Assembly: GCA_047628655.1 (NCBI GenBank)
Contig: JBLHVR010000002.1
Span: 1 to 53,723 of the forward strand
DNA length: 53,723 bases
From: Lentimonas sp.
Lineage (GTDB): Bacteria > Pseudomonadota > Alphaproteobacteria > Rickettsiales > UBA1997
Direction of reading: 5' to 3'
Shown here: positions 41,255 to 49,804 of the stretch, one piece after another
Layout: the number at the start of each line of letters is the position of its first letter
Position numbering within the stretch: position 1 is the stretch's first letter
Made by a program: the position numbers and the translations under genes
The notes under the pieces: generated by a model
Database searches by the model: none
Told to the model about the DNA's origin: nothing
What the model saw: the letters and a program-made list of their open reading frames with translations, nothing else

Positions 41255-43261
41255 TTAAAGTAGATTTTTAAGTAAGTTTGTTGCCACTGCAATTCCGTCT
41301 TGTTTAGAACCGCCACACATGGCTAAATCTGGTTTTCCACCACCGCCTTTGCCGCCAATTTTTTCGGAAATTTGGGGGATTATTTTTCCAGCATGAAACT
41401 TGGAAGTTAAATTTTGGCTAATTGCCAAAACTGCGGAAACTTTTTCATTTTCAGAACCAAAAAAGAGAATGATCGAGTTTTCTTGGTAATCTTTTTGATT
41501 CTTAGTTTCGGTGGCTAAATCGCGAACTTCTTTGGCGTTGGCGCCTTCAAAGAAATGATTAATGAAATTAATTTCACCAATTTTTTGAACAGAAAAATTA
41601 CTGGAATTAGCTAATTTCTCTTTTTTCAGTTTATCAACTTCCTTTTGAAGCACTTTAATTTCACCAATTTTACCCTCGCCAAGCTGATAAATTTTATTTA
41701 CTGCATTTTTCATTGAGGCAATTTCTCCGGCGCTCACAACTTCATTTTCAATGTTTTCATCGCTAAAAAAACTTAATTGGTCAAAGCCTTTTTTGGCGTT
41801 GTGAAATTCGTTTGCAGGCATTTGAACTTCTTCAAATTGCTGTTTAACTTTTAATGATTCAATTAAAGACTGTAATTTTCTTTCCTGAAGCCTTGAATAT
41901 TCCAGCGCAAAAAAACCGGTTTTAGCTTCAATTCTTCTAATTCCAGCCGCAATTCCTTTTTCTGAAATAATTTTAAAAGCACCAATATTTCCAGTAGATT
42001 TGGCATGAGTTCCGCCACAAAGCTCAATGGATTCTCCAATTTGTAAAACTCGCACTACATCGTCATATTTTTCACCAAAAAGCGCCATGGCGCCTTTTTC
42101 TCTGGCCTGCTCAATTGGTAAAATTTCGGTAGTAATTGGGCTGTTTTGACGAATAAGAAAATTGACTAAATCTTCAATTTGGTCCACTTCTACTTGAGTT
42201 AAAGCCTTATTGTGATTGAAGTCGAAAGTGAAGGCAGAATCATCAACATTTGAACCTTTTTGGCTAATGTGAGAACCGAGAACTTGCTTTAAAACAAAAT
42301 GCAAAAGGTGAGTTGCCGAGTGGTTTTGAGACCTAAATTGACGACTGCGATTGTTTACTAGTGCAATTATTTCATCGCCAACTTTAAACTTTCCACGAAT
42401 TTCTAAGGCGTGATGAATGAATAAATCTTCCGCTGCTTTTTTGGCTTCAAAAACATCGATGACATTTTCAAGATTAGAGTAATTTATTAATGCATTTTCC
42501 TTAAATTCAGACTTTAAAATTAAATTACCATCATCACCTTTTTGACCACCAGAAGTTGCGTAAAAAGGAGTTTGATCAAGAATTATTTCAATATTCTTGT
42601 CACTTTCTTTAGCTTCCATAACCTCTTCACCATTTTGCAAAATACTTAAAATTGTGGCAGATGATTTGGTAGATTTGTAACCCAAAAACTGAGTTTTTGG
42701 TAATTTATTTTTCAACTCGAAATAAATGTTGTTGTCTGCGACTTCACCGCTTCCTGTCCAATTTTCTGAACTGCGTTTTTTCTGTTTCTCCATCGCCAAA
42801 TTAAAACCTTCAATATCAACATCAATTTGTTTTTCTTTGAGAATATCTTGCGTTAAATCGAGTGGAAAACCGTAAGTGTCGTAAAGTTTAAAGGCAATTT
42901 CTCCGGAAAATTTGTTAGTTTTTAAGTCAATCTTTCCAATTTCTTCACTTAAAATTTTCATTCCATCGCCAAGAGTTTTTTGAAATCTTTCTTCTTCGGT
43001 TTTTAAAGTGTCAATAATTGTGGCCTGCGCGCGAACTAACTCTGGAAAAGCTTCACCCATTTCAGCAATTAAAGCTGGAACTAGCTGGTGCATTACTGGA
43101 TTTTTAGAGCCTAATTTGTGAATGTGGCGCATGGCGCGGCGCATTATTCGGCGTAAAACATAACCGCGACCCTCATTGGAAGGCATAACACCATCAGCGA
43201 TGATGAATGATGAAGACCGAAGATGATCGGTTATTACTTTGTAAGATGGATTGATTTTCAT
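41255..43261 (-). CDS. alaS: alanine--tRNA ligase lacking the N-terminal ~230-240 residues (no motif 1/2 catalytic core); retains the rest of the aminoacylation domain, the tRNA-recognition and editing domains, and C-Ala/DHHA1
   Basis: It starts MKINPSYKVITDHLRSSSFIIADGVMPSNEGRGYVLRRIMRRAMRH, which aligns to about residue 235 of canonical AlaRS. Editing-domain motifs HSATHLLH and CGGTH are present, and the C-terminus has GGGGKPDLA. An in-frame TAA lies at 43288-43286. Confidence 0.85.
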   Translation of the reverse strand: MKINPSYKVITDHLRSSSFIIADGVMPSNEGRGYVLRRIMRRAMRHIHKLGSKNPVMHQLVPALIAEMGEAFPELVRAQATIIDTLKTEEERFQKTLGDGMKILSEEIGKIDLKTNKFSGEIAFKLYDTYGFPLDLTQDILKEKQIDVDIEGFNLAMEKQKKRSSENWTGSGEVADNNIYFELKNKLPKTQFLGYKSTKSSATILSILQNGEEVMEAKESDKNIEIILDQTPFYATSGGQKGDDGNLILKSEFKENALINYSNLENVIDVFEAKKAAEDLFIHHALEIRGKFKVGDEIIALVNNRSRQFRSQNHSATHLLHFVLKQVLGSHISQKGSNVDDSAFTFDFNHNKALTQVEVDQIEDLVNFLIRQNSPITTEILPIEQAREKGAMALFGEKYDDVVRVLQIGESIELCGGTHAKSTGNIGAFKIISEKGIAAGIRRIEAKTGFFALEYSRLQERKLQSLIESLKVKQQFEEVQMPANEFHNAKKGFDQLSFFSDENIENEVVSAGEIASMKNAVNKIYQLGEGKIGEIKVLQKEVDKLKKEKLANSSNFSVQKIGEINFINHFFEGANAKEVRDLATETKNQKDYQENSIILFFGSENEKVSAVLAISQNLTSKFHAGKIIPQISEKIGGKGGGGKPDLAMCGGSKQDGIAVATNLLKNLL

Positions 43262-43415
43262 TTTATTTAAACTAACAAAGATTGATTAATTATATTTTCT
43301 TTTTTCAAGAGCCCCGTTCTTTCACTCACTTGCCTAAGAATAATGCGCTTCTCAATTGTAATTTTGGGAGAATCGGGTTGTTTTTATTTCTCTAGCATGG
43401 AAAACTCTATTGTCA

Positions 43416-44624
43416 TTAACTAACCAGATTCTTAATTTTACTAACAGCGTTTATCATTCCTTCTTTATCGTGAATGAGTGAAATTCTAACATATCCTTCC
43501 CCATTTGAGCCAAAACTTGAGCCTGCTGCGAAGACAACTCCTGATTTTAGAATTAATTCTTTGCAAAAACCAAAACAACTTGTTGTTTTGGTTTTGTCAA
43601 ATAAATGGTCTGGAATCTTACCCCACAAAAACATGCTGGCTTTAGGCATTGGAATTTTCCAATTTAATTCTTCTTTGAATAATTTGACGAAATACTGGGC
43701 GCGTTTTAAATAAATTATTCTTAATTCTTTCAAATATTCGTCACTTTTTGGCGAAAGAGCGTCTATTGCTGCCAACTGTAAAGGTTCGAAAGATCCGTAA
43801 TCGAGGTAAGATTTAACTTTGTAAAGAGCTGAGATTAATTCCTTATTTCCAACGGCAAAACCAACGCGGAAGCCGGCCATTGAATAGCTTTTAGAAACCG
43901 AAGAAAATTCAATGGCAATTTCTTTGGCGCCTTGAATTTCAAAAATTGAATGAGGCTTGGTTTTTTCGTCAAAATAAATTTCGCTGTAGGCGATGTCGGA
44001 AATGATGTAAATTTCTTTTTGACGGCAAAAATCGACCAAATTTTGATAAAAATCTAAATCAACAATTTGTGAAGTAGGGTTGCTGGGGTAATTAACAATA
44101 ACGGCAATAGGCTTTTTTTGACGATTATTTTCAGTGTCAATTACGAAATCTTTAAATTTTTCCAGAAAATCTTGCGGATTAATGGCCTTAATTGGCATTA
44201 AATTACTTTTGGCGATGATGAAGGCAAAAGTATGGATTGGATATCCTGGATTAGCCACACAAACAAAATCGTCTGGCGCGCTAATGGCGGCGGCAATGCT
44301 GGCGATTCCTTCTTTGGCACCAATAGTGACCAAACATTCAGTTTTTGGATTTAATTTAACATCAAAACGGCGTTGGTAATATTTGGCTAATGCGGTTTTT
44401 AAATCGCTAATTCCACCAACAGTGGAATAGCCGTAAAGTTTGGGGTTTTTGGTTAATTCCGAGAGTTTATCACTAACATGTTGTGGTGGTGGACAATCTG
44501 GGTTTCCCATTCCAAAATCTAGAATTTCAAGACCATTTTCAGCTGCCTCAAGCTTTAATTTGTGAATTTCGGCGAATATGTAAGGCGGGAGCTTGTCAGC
44601 TAAGTAGAATTTATTCTGTTGCAT
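43416..44624 (-). CDS. class I PLP aminotransferase, AlaC (glutamate-pyruvate transaminase)-like
   Basis: DKLPPYIFAEI..ILDFGMGNPD...YGYS...NPGYPIH...YPSNPT...SVSKSYSMAGFRVGF is close to E. coli AlaC/YfdZ as I recall it. I prefer ATG at 44624 (MQQNKFY) over the track's TTG at 44666. Confidence 0.85.
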   Translation of the reverse strand: MQQNKFYLADKLPPYIFAEIHKLKLEAAENGLEILDFGMGNPDCPPPQHVSDKLSELTKNPKLYGYSTVGGISDLKTALAKYYQRRFDVKLNPKTECLVTIGAKEGIASIAAAISAPDDFVCVANPGYPIHTFAFIIAKSNLMPIKAINPQDFLEKFKDFVIDTENNRQKKPIAVIVNYPSNPTSQIVDLDFYQNLVDFCRQKEIYIISDIAYSEIYFDEKTKPHSIFEIQGAKEIAIEFSSVSKSYSMAGFRVGFAVGNKELISALYKVKSYLDYGSFEPLQLAAIDALSPKSDEYLKELRIIYLKRAQYFVKLFKEELNWKIPMPKASMFLWGKIPDHLFDKTKTTSCFGFCKELILKSGVVFAAGSSFGSNGEGYVRISLIHDKEGMINAVSKIKNLVS

Positions 44625-45288
44625 TACGATTGTTAATTCAGGTTCTGAACGAATGAAAACGCGCAATTTAAGGCTAAAGTGCTATTTAAATCAATATTAA
44701 ATATTACGCCGATGACCTTTAAGGGCATTTGTCCAATGTTTAGATTTTAGTTAATAGTCATTATTGCCCAGATCTTGAGTTCTGGTTTTTTATTAAATTT
44801 TTGGAGTTTAGGAATTATGAGAAATGGTAGTGGAAATGGCAGCGAATCGAGAGATAGTGAGGTTTTTTATGTTGGGTCTTTGCCCGAGGAAGAAAAAAGA
44901 TAAATGTGGAGTTAGAGGAATTCTATTCCCCAGCTCCTACCACTAAAAAAACAACAACTCAGAATAGGTAAAATTCACTTGAAGAAGAAATTTTACCGGT
45001 AAATATAATTGCAAGTCCTCCGATGCCGATTACTCCGCGTACAGTAAAATGGAGAAAAAAAGCAGTAAATTCGTCTGACTCGGCGGAAACAGAACAGCTA
45101 GCACAGCAAGACATTGCGGCAACAAGAACTTCTTCATCTGTGGATAAAAGAATTTCTTCCCCTAATATAAACGAAGGATTAAATGAACCATTATTAGATG
45201 AACAAAAATCTAACGAACCAAATTCTAGCTTCAGCTGTTCTGGAGCCATTAAAAAATTAGCCGAAAAGGCTGTTAGTTGTTTAAGGGG

Positions 45289-45771
45289 TTAATTTCTTAC
45301 CTGCCTAATCGCCTCCCCCAAAACCATTGCGCCAGAAATTGCTACATTTAATGAGCGCATTTCTTTTTGCATTAAAATGGTGATTTTGGCGTGGCATTTT
45401 TCAGAAACCTGATCTGGAACGCCGGCGCTTTCTCTTCCTAATAGCAAAATGTCATTTTCCTTAAATTTAAATTCGGTGTAGGAATCGTTAGTTTTTGTGG
45501 TTAATAAAACAAGGCGATTTTGGGAATTATTGGTAATTTGATCTTGATAAAAATCGTCAAAAGAATCGTGCCTAAAAAGTTTAACGAAATGAAAATAATC
45601 GAGGGCAGATTTTCTAATTTTTTGCACATCAAAAACGAATCCACAAGGTTCAATAATGTGCAACTCGACTCCAAGGCAGGCGCAGGTTCTCATGATTGTT
45701 CCAACATTTCCAGCAATGTCAGGTTGAAAAAGTGCTATTTTAAGGGTATTTTTTGTCATTGGTTCTTGCAA
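45289..45771 (-). CDS. trmL: tRNA (cytidine/uridine-2'-O-)-methyltransferase TrmL (SpoU/TrmH family)
   Basis: LKIALFQPDIAGNVGTIMRTCACLG...LLLGRESAGVP...SLNVAISGAMVLGEA. Length 160 aa. Confidence 0.88.
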   Translation of the reverse strand: MQEPMTKNTLKIALFQPDIAGNVGTIMRTCACLGVELHIIEPCGFVFDVQKIRKSALDYFHFVKLFRHDSFDDFYQDQITNNSQNRLVLLTTKTNDSYTEFKFKENDILLLGRESAGVPDQVSEKCHAKITILMQKEMRSLNVAISGAMVLGEAIRQVRN

Positions 45772-45838
45772 AATTACTTAATTAATTTAAATTTTCGCCA
45801 ATTATTCTCCAATCTATTTAACAAATCTATTTAAAATC

Positions 45839-46174
45839 ATGGCTGAAACAGTAAAAATTATCTTTATTTGCAAAGGTGAGAAGAAAGAATTTGATGTTCC
45901 AGTTGGAACAACAGTGCTAGAAGCAGCTCACAATAACGACATTAACCTAGAAGGTGCTTGCGAAGGATCTCTTGCTTGCTCGACTTGTCATGTAATTGTT
46001 GAAGACCAATATTTTGGAAAGCTAGAAGAGCCTTCAGAAGACGAAGAAGACATGTTAGATTTAGCATTTGGATTAACAGCTACTTCTAGACTTGGTTGCC
46101 AAATCATCATGACCACAGAATTAGACGGTTTTACAGTTACAGTTCCTGATGAAACAAGAAATATTTCAGTTTAA
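45839..46174 (+). CDS. fdx: 2Fe-2S ferredoxin, adrenodoxin type
   Basis: Cys ligand pattern GACEGSLACSTCHV ... GCQI. Length 111 aa. Confidence 0.9.
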   Translation: MAETVKIIFICKGEKKEFDVPVGTTVLEAAHNNDINLEGACEGSLACSTCHVIVEDQYFGKLEEPSEDEEDMLDLAFGLTATSRLGCQIIMTTELDGFTVTVPDETRNISV

Positions 46175-46190
46175 ATTTATTTAATAAATT

Positions 46191-47720
46191 ATGACCAAGA
46201 AAATAGTTCTGTCTTTTATAACCATTACAATTATTTCTTTTGCTGCTTTTGGTGCTTTTTGGTTGGTTAAAACCAACACAATAAAAAAGCATCTTGCCGC
46301 TTTTCAGGCGCCTGGATTTTTTCTTACATCCTCTTCAGTGTCGGTTAGCGGTTTTCCTTTGAAACAAAATTTCTCTGTTAAAAACCTCATCATTAAACCA
46401 AGCGCTCCAGAATATTTAGATGACAATCTAGATATTGACAAAGATAAGAAAAGTGCATTGAACAATAATTCTTTAAACATTCCGTCTTTGAATTTATCCG
46501 CTGGAATTTTCTCCAATAATTTCTCTCTTACCATTAAAGATGATTTAAAAATTGGTGAAGAGAATGAAATGTACGATGTTAAATTTAATCAAATTCCCCT
46601 TGCTAATATTATTATTGAAGGCACAGAAGTAACAAGATTTTCTTACCAAGGCCAAGGTTACAAAATTTCAGATGCGGAAAATAATGTGGTTTTTGAAAAT
46701 GGCAGCTCCAAGATTGATTTTTCATTAATTGTTGTAGAAAATCAGAAAATTGCCAAATTGTTGGCCGATTTTAAAGAAATGGGAGATTTATTCTCATTAG
46801 AACAATTGGATTCTGAGATGAAGCGTCAATCTGATCTTTTAGAAATTGTTAATTCAATTGATAAAAATGCAGAAACGAATTCCCCAGAAGATAAAAATGA
46901 AATGGAACAAATATTATTAGATATTACAGAAGCTCGTACTGACAAAACTTTAAACTATCAAGATCTTACTATTAGAAATATTCATTTAGATTTGGAATTA
47001 TTCTTAGAAAATAATTCCAATAAAAATTCTAATTTACCAGATTTGGGAAATGGCAGCACTGATAATCTTACTCCTTTTGAGCACAACGCCATTAAATCAG
47101 TTAAAATTAATAATGTGGAATTATCTAACCCTATTTACAAATTTAATATTAATGGAAATCTAAGTAATTTAGACAGTAAGGATTCTGAGCCATCTTTTAA
47201 TTTGTCACTTAAAGTTGAAGAATATGAAACCGTTCTAACCTATTTGCAGCAAGCTGTGAATAATTTTGAGAATTTGATGCATTACATTTCCAAAAAAGAA
47301 TCTGAAGATAAAAATTTGGAAGAAATAATTGCTGTTGCTCCTGCAGAATTGCCGGAAGTTTCTGAGCAATTAATAGAAGAATCTACTTCGCAAATTGAAG
47401 ATCAAAATATTACTCCTGAAGAAGACGGCATTGGATTTGATGTTGTTAAAACGATTCGCGAAGTTGCTCAGAAAAATATTGCTACGGGTGAAAGAATTGC
47501 CATTTTTGATTTTGGACAAGATGCAAACGGAAGCGTAATTATTAATAACATTCCGTTCTTAGAAATAATGTTGCGTTCAATTACAGCAGCTGCTGATGAA
47601 GCTGGAGTTAATGAATCTTCCGATCCTACTTTAGATGATTTTGCTATTGATCCTGTATTAATTGAAAATTCAGCTCCAATTCCACAGCTCACCCCTATTA
47701 AAATCTCTCCAACCAATTAG
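46191..47720 (+). CDS. membrane-anchored hypothetical protein (possibly DUF2125 family)
   Basis: 509 aa with one N-terminal TM segment, then VSVSGFPLKQNFSVKNL, reminiscent of alphaproteobacterial DUF2125 proteins. The central region is acidic/Asn-rich. The family call is tentative. Confidence 0.6.
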   Translation: MTKKIVLSFITITIISFAAFGAFWLVKTNTIKKHLAAFQAPGFFLTSSSVSVSGFPLKQNFSVKNLIIKPSAPEYLDDNLDIDKDKKSALNNNSLNIPSLNLSAGIFSNNFSLTIKDDLKIGEENEMYDVKFNQIPLANIIIEGTEVTRFSYQGQGYKISDAENNVVFENGSSKIDFSLIVVENQKIAKLLADFKEMGDLFSLEQLDSEMKRQSDLLEIVNSIDKNAETNSPEDKNEMEQILLDITEARTDKTLNYQDLTIRNIHLDLELFLENNSNKNSNLPDLGNGSTDNLTPFEHNAIKSVKINNVELSNPIYKFNINGNLSNLDSKDSEPSFNLSLKVEEYETVLTYLQQAVNNFENLMHYISKKESEDKNLEEIIAVAPAELPEVSEQLIEESTSQIEDQNITPEEDGIGFDVVKTIREVAQKNIATGERIAIFDFGQDANGSVIINNIPFLEIMLRSITAAADEAGVNESSDPTLDDFAIDPVLIENSAPIPQLTPIKISPTN

Positions 47721-48040
47721 TTAAATCTGCCATCCTTAAGCTGACACAAGAATGCCAAATCTCACGGCTCCTTTGTTTGCAAGTTATTAACTTTTTAAAG
47801 CTATTTATACCATTTCCCATCTTCAGAAATGCGTAATAAAAACATGTATCGGACCAAGAAGTATTTTTCCAATAGAATTTTAGTTTTGGTGAAATTTAAG
47901 GGTTTAAAAAAAGATATATATTGAGAGGGATCTTTGTGCAGATTAGTTTGCTGGAAGATCTCAGACAATTTAGAGTAAATCTTCTGAGATCATTCGCGAA
48001 TTTGATGCCGCTATTAGCGCGGCACTTTAAATAGTAAATA

Positions 48041-49246
48041 TTAGAAGTTAATTTGAGCTCTTAACAAGAAGGCATCGAAATCTTTATCATCTTGACCTTT
48101 TTCTTCAGTAGAAGATTGAACATAATTGGCCATTAAACGAATATTATTGTTTAAATACCAATTTACACCAAGGGTAATTTGACTAGATTCCCCTTCAATA
48201 AGAAGCGTTCCTTCATCATCATTTCTGTCATTTTTAGAAAATCTGGCTGCCAATTCCCAAGCTCCAATTCCACCATTCTTACCGACTGGTTTTTCAACTT
48301 TAACACCTTTGAAAGTTCCAGATTTAACCTGATAAACTCTATTTTCTCCAGTTAATATGTAAGAAATTTGAGCGTAATAGCTGTCATATGTGGTTGATTG
48401 GTTGGCTGTTGTGGCAGAACCATCCTTGTCATAATTGGTTTTATTGATGATATATTCACCTTGAAGTGACCAAGAATTTAGCCCAAGCGCAATCTCTGCA
48501 CCGAAAAGATTCTCTCTGTCAATTTTTTCTGGCGTTCCTGAATTATCCCTATCTTTAGAAGATGTTGTAGCAGCAAGACCTAAATGAACTAGTTTTCCAT
48601 CAGAATTAACTGGGGCGATGGAAGCACGAATTGAAGCTGAATATTTACTGTCATCACTTCTGCTCTCGTTTCCGGTTGATTCACCAAAAATTCCAGCAGC
48701 AATTTGCCAATTTTTACCGTAAGTTTGAACTCCCAAACCAACTGCTCTAGAAGGCGCAGCATCTACAGCGGCAGATCTGTTCATAAAAGTAATATTGTTT
48801 GAGCTAGTTAATTCTTCCAAAGAGAAAAATTGCTTAAATTGACCAACTTTAAATTGGGTATTTTTTAAGCCGTCATAAGCAATGAATGCGTCTTTAATTT
48901 TTGAACCATTTTTAGCAAAATCATTTTCGAATTTGTAGCTAAAATTTTCTGAAAGCTTGCCTTGTATGCCAAGTCTGGCTCTGGTGATGTCGAATCCATC
49001 TTGTCTATTATCTCCTAGACCTGAATTTTCATCATAAAACTCTGCGTCAACATGAAGACGACCGGTAATTTTAGCGGTTTTAAATGCTTTTAATAATGGA
49101 GCTGGAAGACTAGCTGAAGTTTCTTCGAATTTTGATTCTAATGCTTTTAATCTGGCTTCAAAGTCAGAATCTTTGTCAGCAAATGCCGAACTTGATACAC
49201 CAATCATTGAGGCACAAATTGTGGTAGTTGCTAATATTATTTTCAT
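48041..49246 (-). CDS. phosphate-selective porin O/P family outer-membrane protein
   Basis: Signal peptide, N-terminal coiled-coil segment (FEARLKALESKFEE), alternating beta-strand pattern and C-terminal Phe (AQINF). Length 401 aa. Confidence 0.85.
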   Translation of the reverse strand: MKIILATTTICASMIGVSSSAFADKDSDFEARLKALESKFEETSASLPAPLLKAFKTAKITGRLHVDAEFYDENSGLGDNRQDGFDITRARLGIQGKLSENFSYKFENDFAKNGSKIKDAFIAYDGLKNTQFKVGQFKQFFSLEELTSSNNITFMNRSAAVDAAPSRAVGLGVQTYGKNWQIAAGIFGESTGNESRSDDSKYSASIRASIAPVNSDGKLVHLGLAATTSSKDRDNSGTPEKIDRENLFGAEIALGLNSWSLQGEYIINKTNYDKDGSATTANQSTTYDSYYAQISYILTGENRVYQVKSGTFKGVKVEKPVGKNGGIGAWELAARFSKNDRNDDEGTLLIEGESSQITLGVNWYLNNNIRLMANYVQSSTEEKGQDDKDFDAFLLRAQINF

Positions 49247-49347
49247 GATTTCGATGAGATTTTTTTGATAAAAAATAAATAGTTTAAAAAAGTTGAAATT
49301 AAAATAATTACTTCTACCTTGCTGTCAATTAAATACTTCAATTTTTA

Positions 49348-49680
49348 TTGAATAATAAAATGAACAACCAAATAGCGGTAAATTTATTAAGTATTTTAGG
49401 AAGTGATGTTCGATTACCAATCTTCAAAATGTTAATTCAAGCTGGAGAAAAAGGATTAAATCCTAAATATATTTCTGATGAATTGGCAATAAAGCCAAAT
49501 AAGCTTTCATTTCACCTAAATGGCTTGAAAAAGTCGGAATTAATTAGGTGCGTGAAAAAAGGACGGGAGATGGTTTATTACGCAAATTATCAAACAACTA
49601 GAAATTTAGTTGAATATTTATTTGATAATTGCTGTAACGACGACGAAACAGATTGTTTGGATGTAAATCTTTGTAATTAA
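49348..49680 (+). CDS. arsR: ArsR/SmtB-family transcriptional regulator with C-terminal Cys cluster
   Basis: Winged-HTH core (RLPIFKMLIQAGEKGLNPKYISDELAIKPNKLSFHLNGLKKSELI). The alpha3 CxC site is absent. The C-terminus is FDNCCNDDETDCLDVNLCN. The start is TTG at 49348 or ATG at 49360. Confidence 0.8.
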   Translation: MNNKMNNQIAVNLLSILGSDVRLPIFKMLIQAGEKGLNPKYISDELAIKPNKLSFHLNGLKKSELIRCVKKGREMVYYANYQTTRNLVEYLFDNCCNDDETDCLDVNLCN

Positions 49681-49804
49681 AAATTTGCATCTTAAAAATA
49701 CGACCCTATAAAACGCGACCATCAAAGCTACATACTTTGATTAATTGGCAAATTTAACTGCCTTCTAATTTTTTTATTTATTAACTTTAATTAGCAGTTA
49801 CCTT

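Noticed and set aside
49247-49804. Pho boxes or other obvious operators in the promoter regions of the porin/arsR pair and of pstS.
   Set aside because: No tandem CTGTCAT-like repeats at 11-nt phasing were found. There is only a weak cgacc...cgacc repetition at ~49702-49727, which is not convincing.
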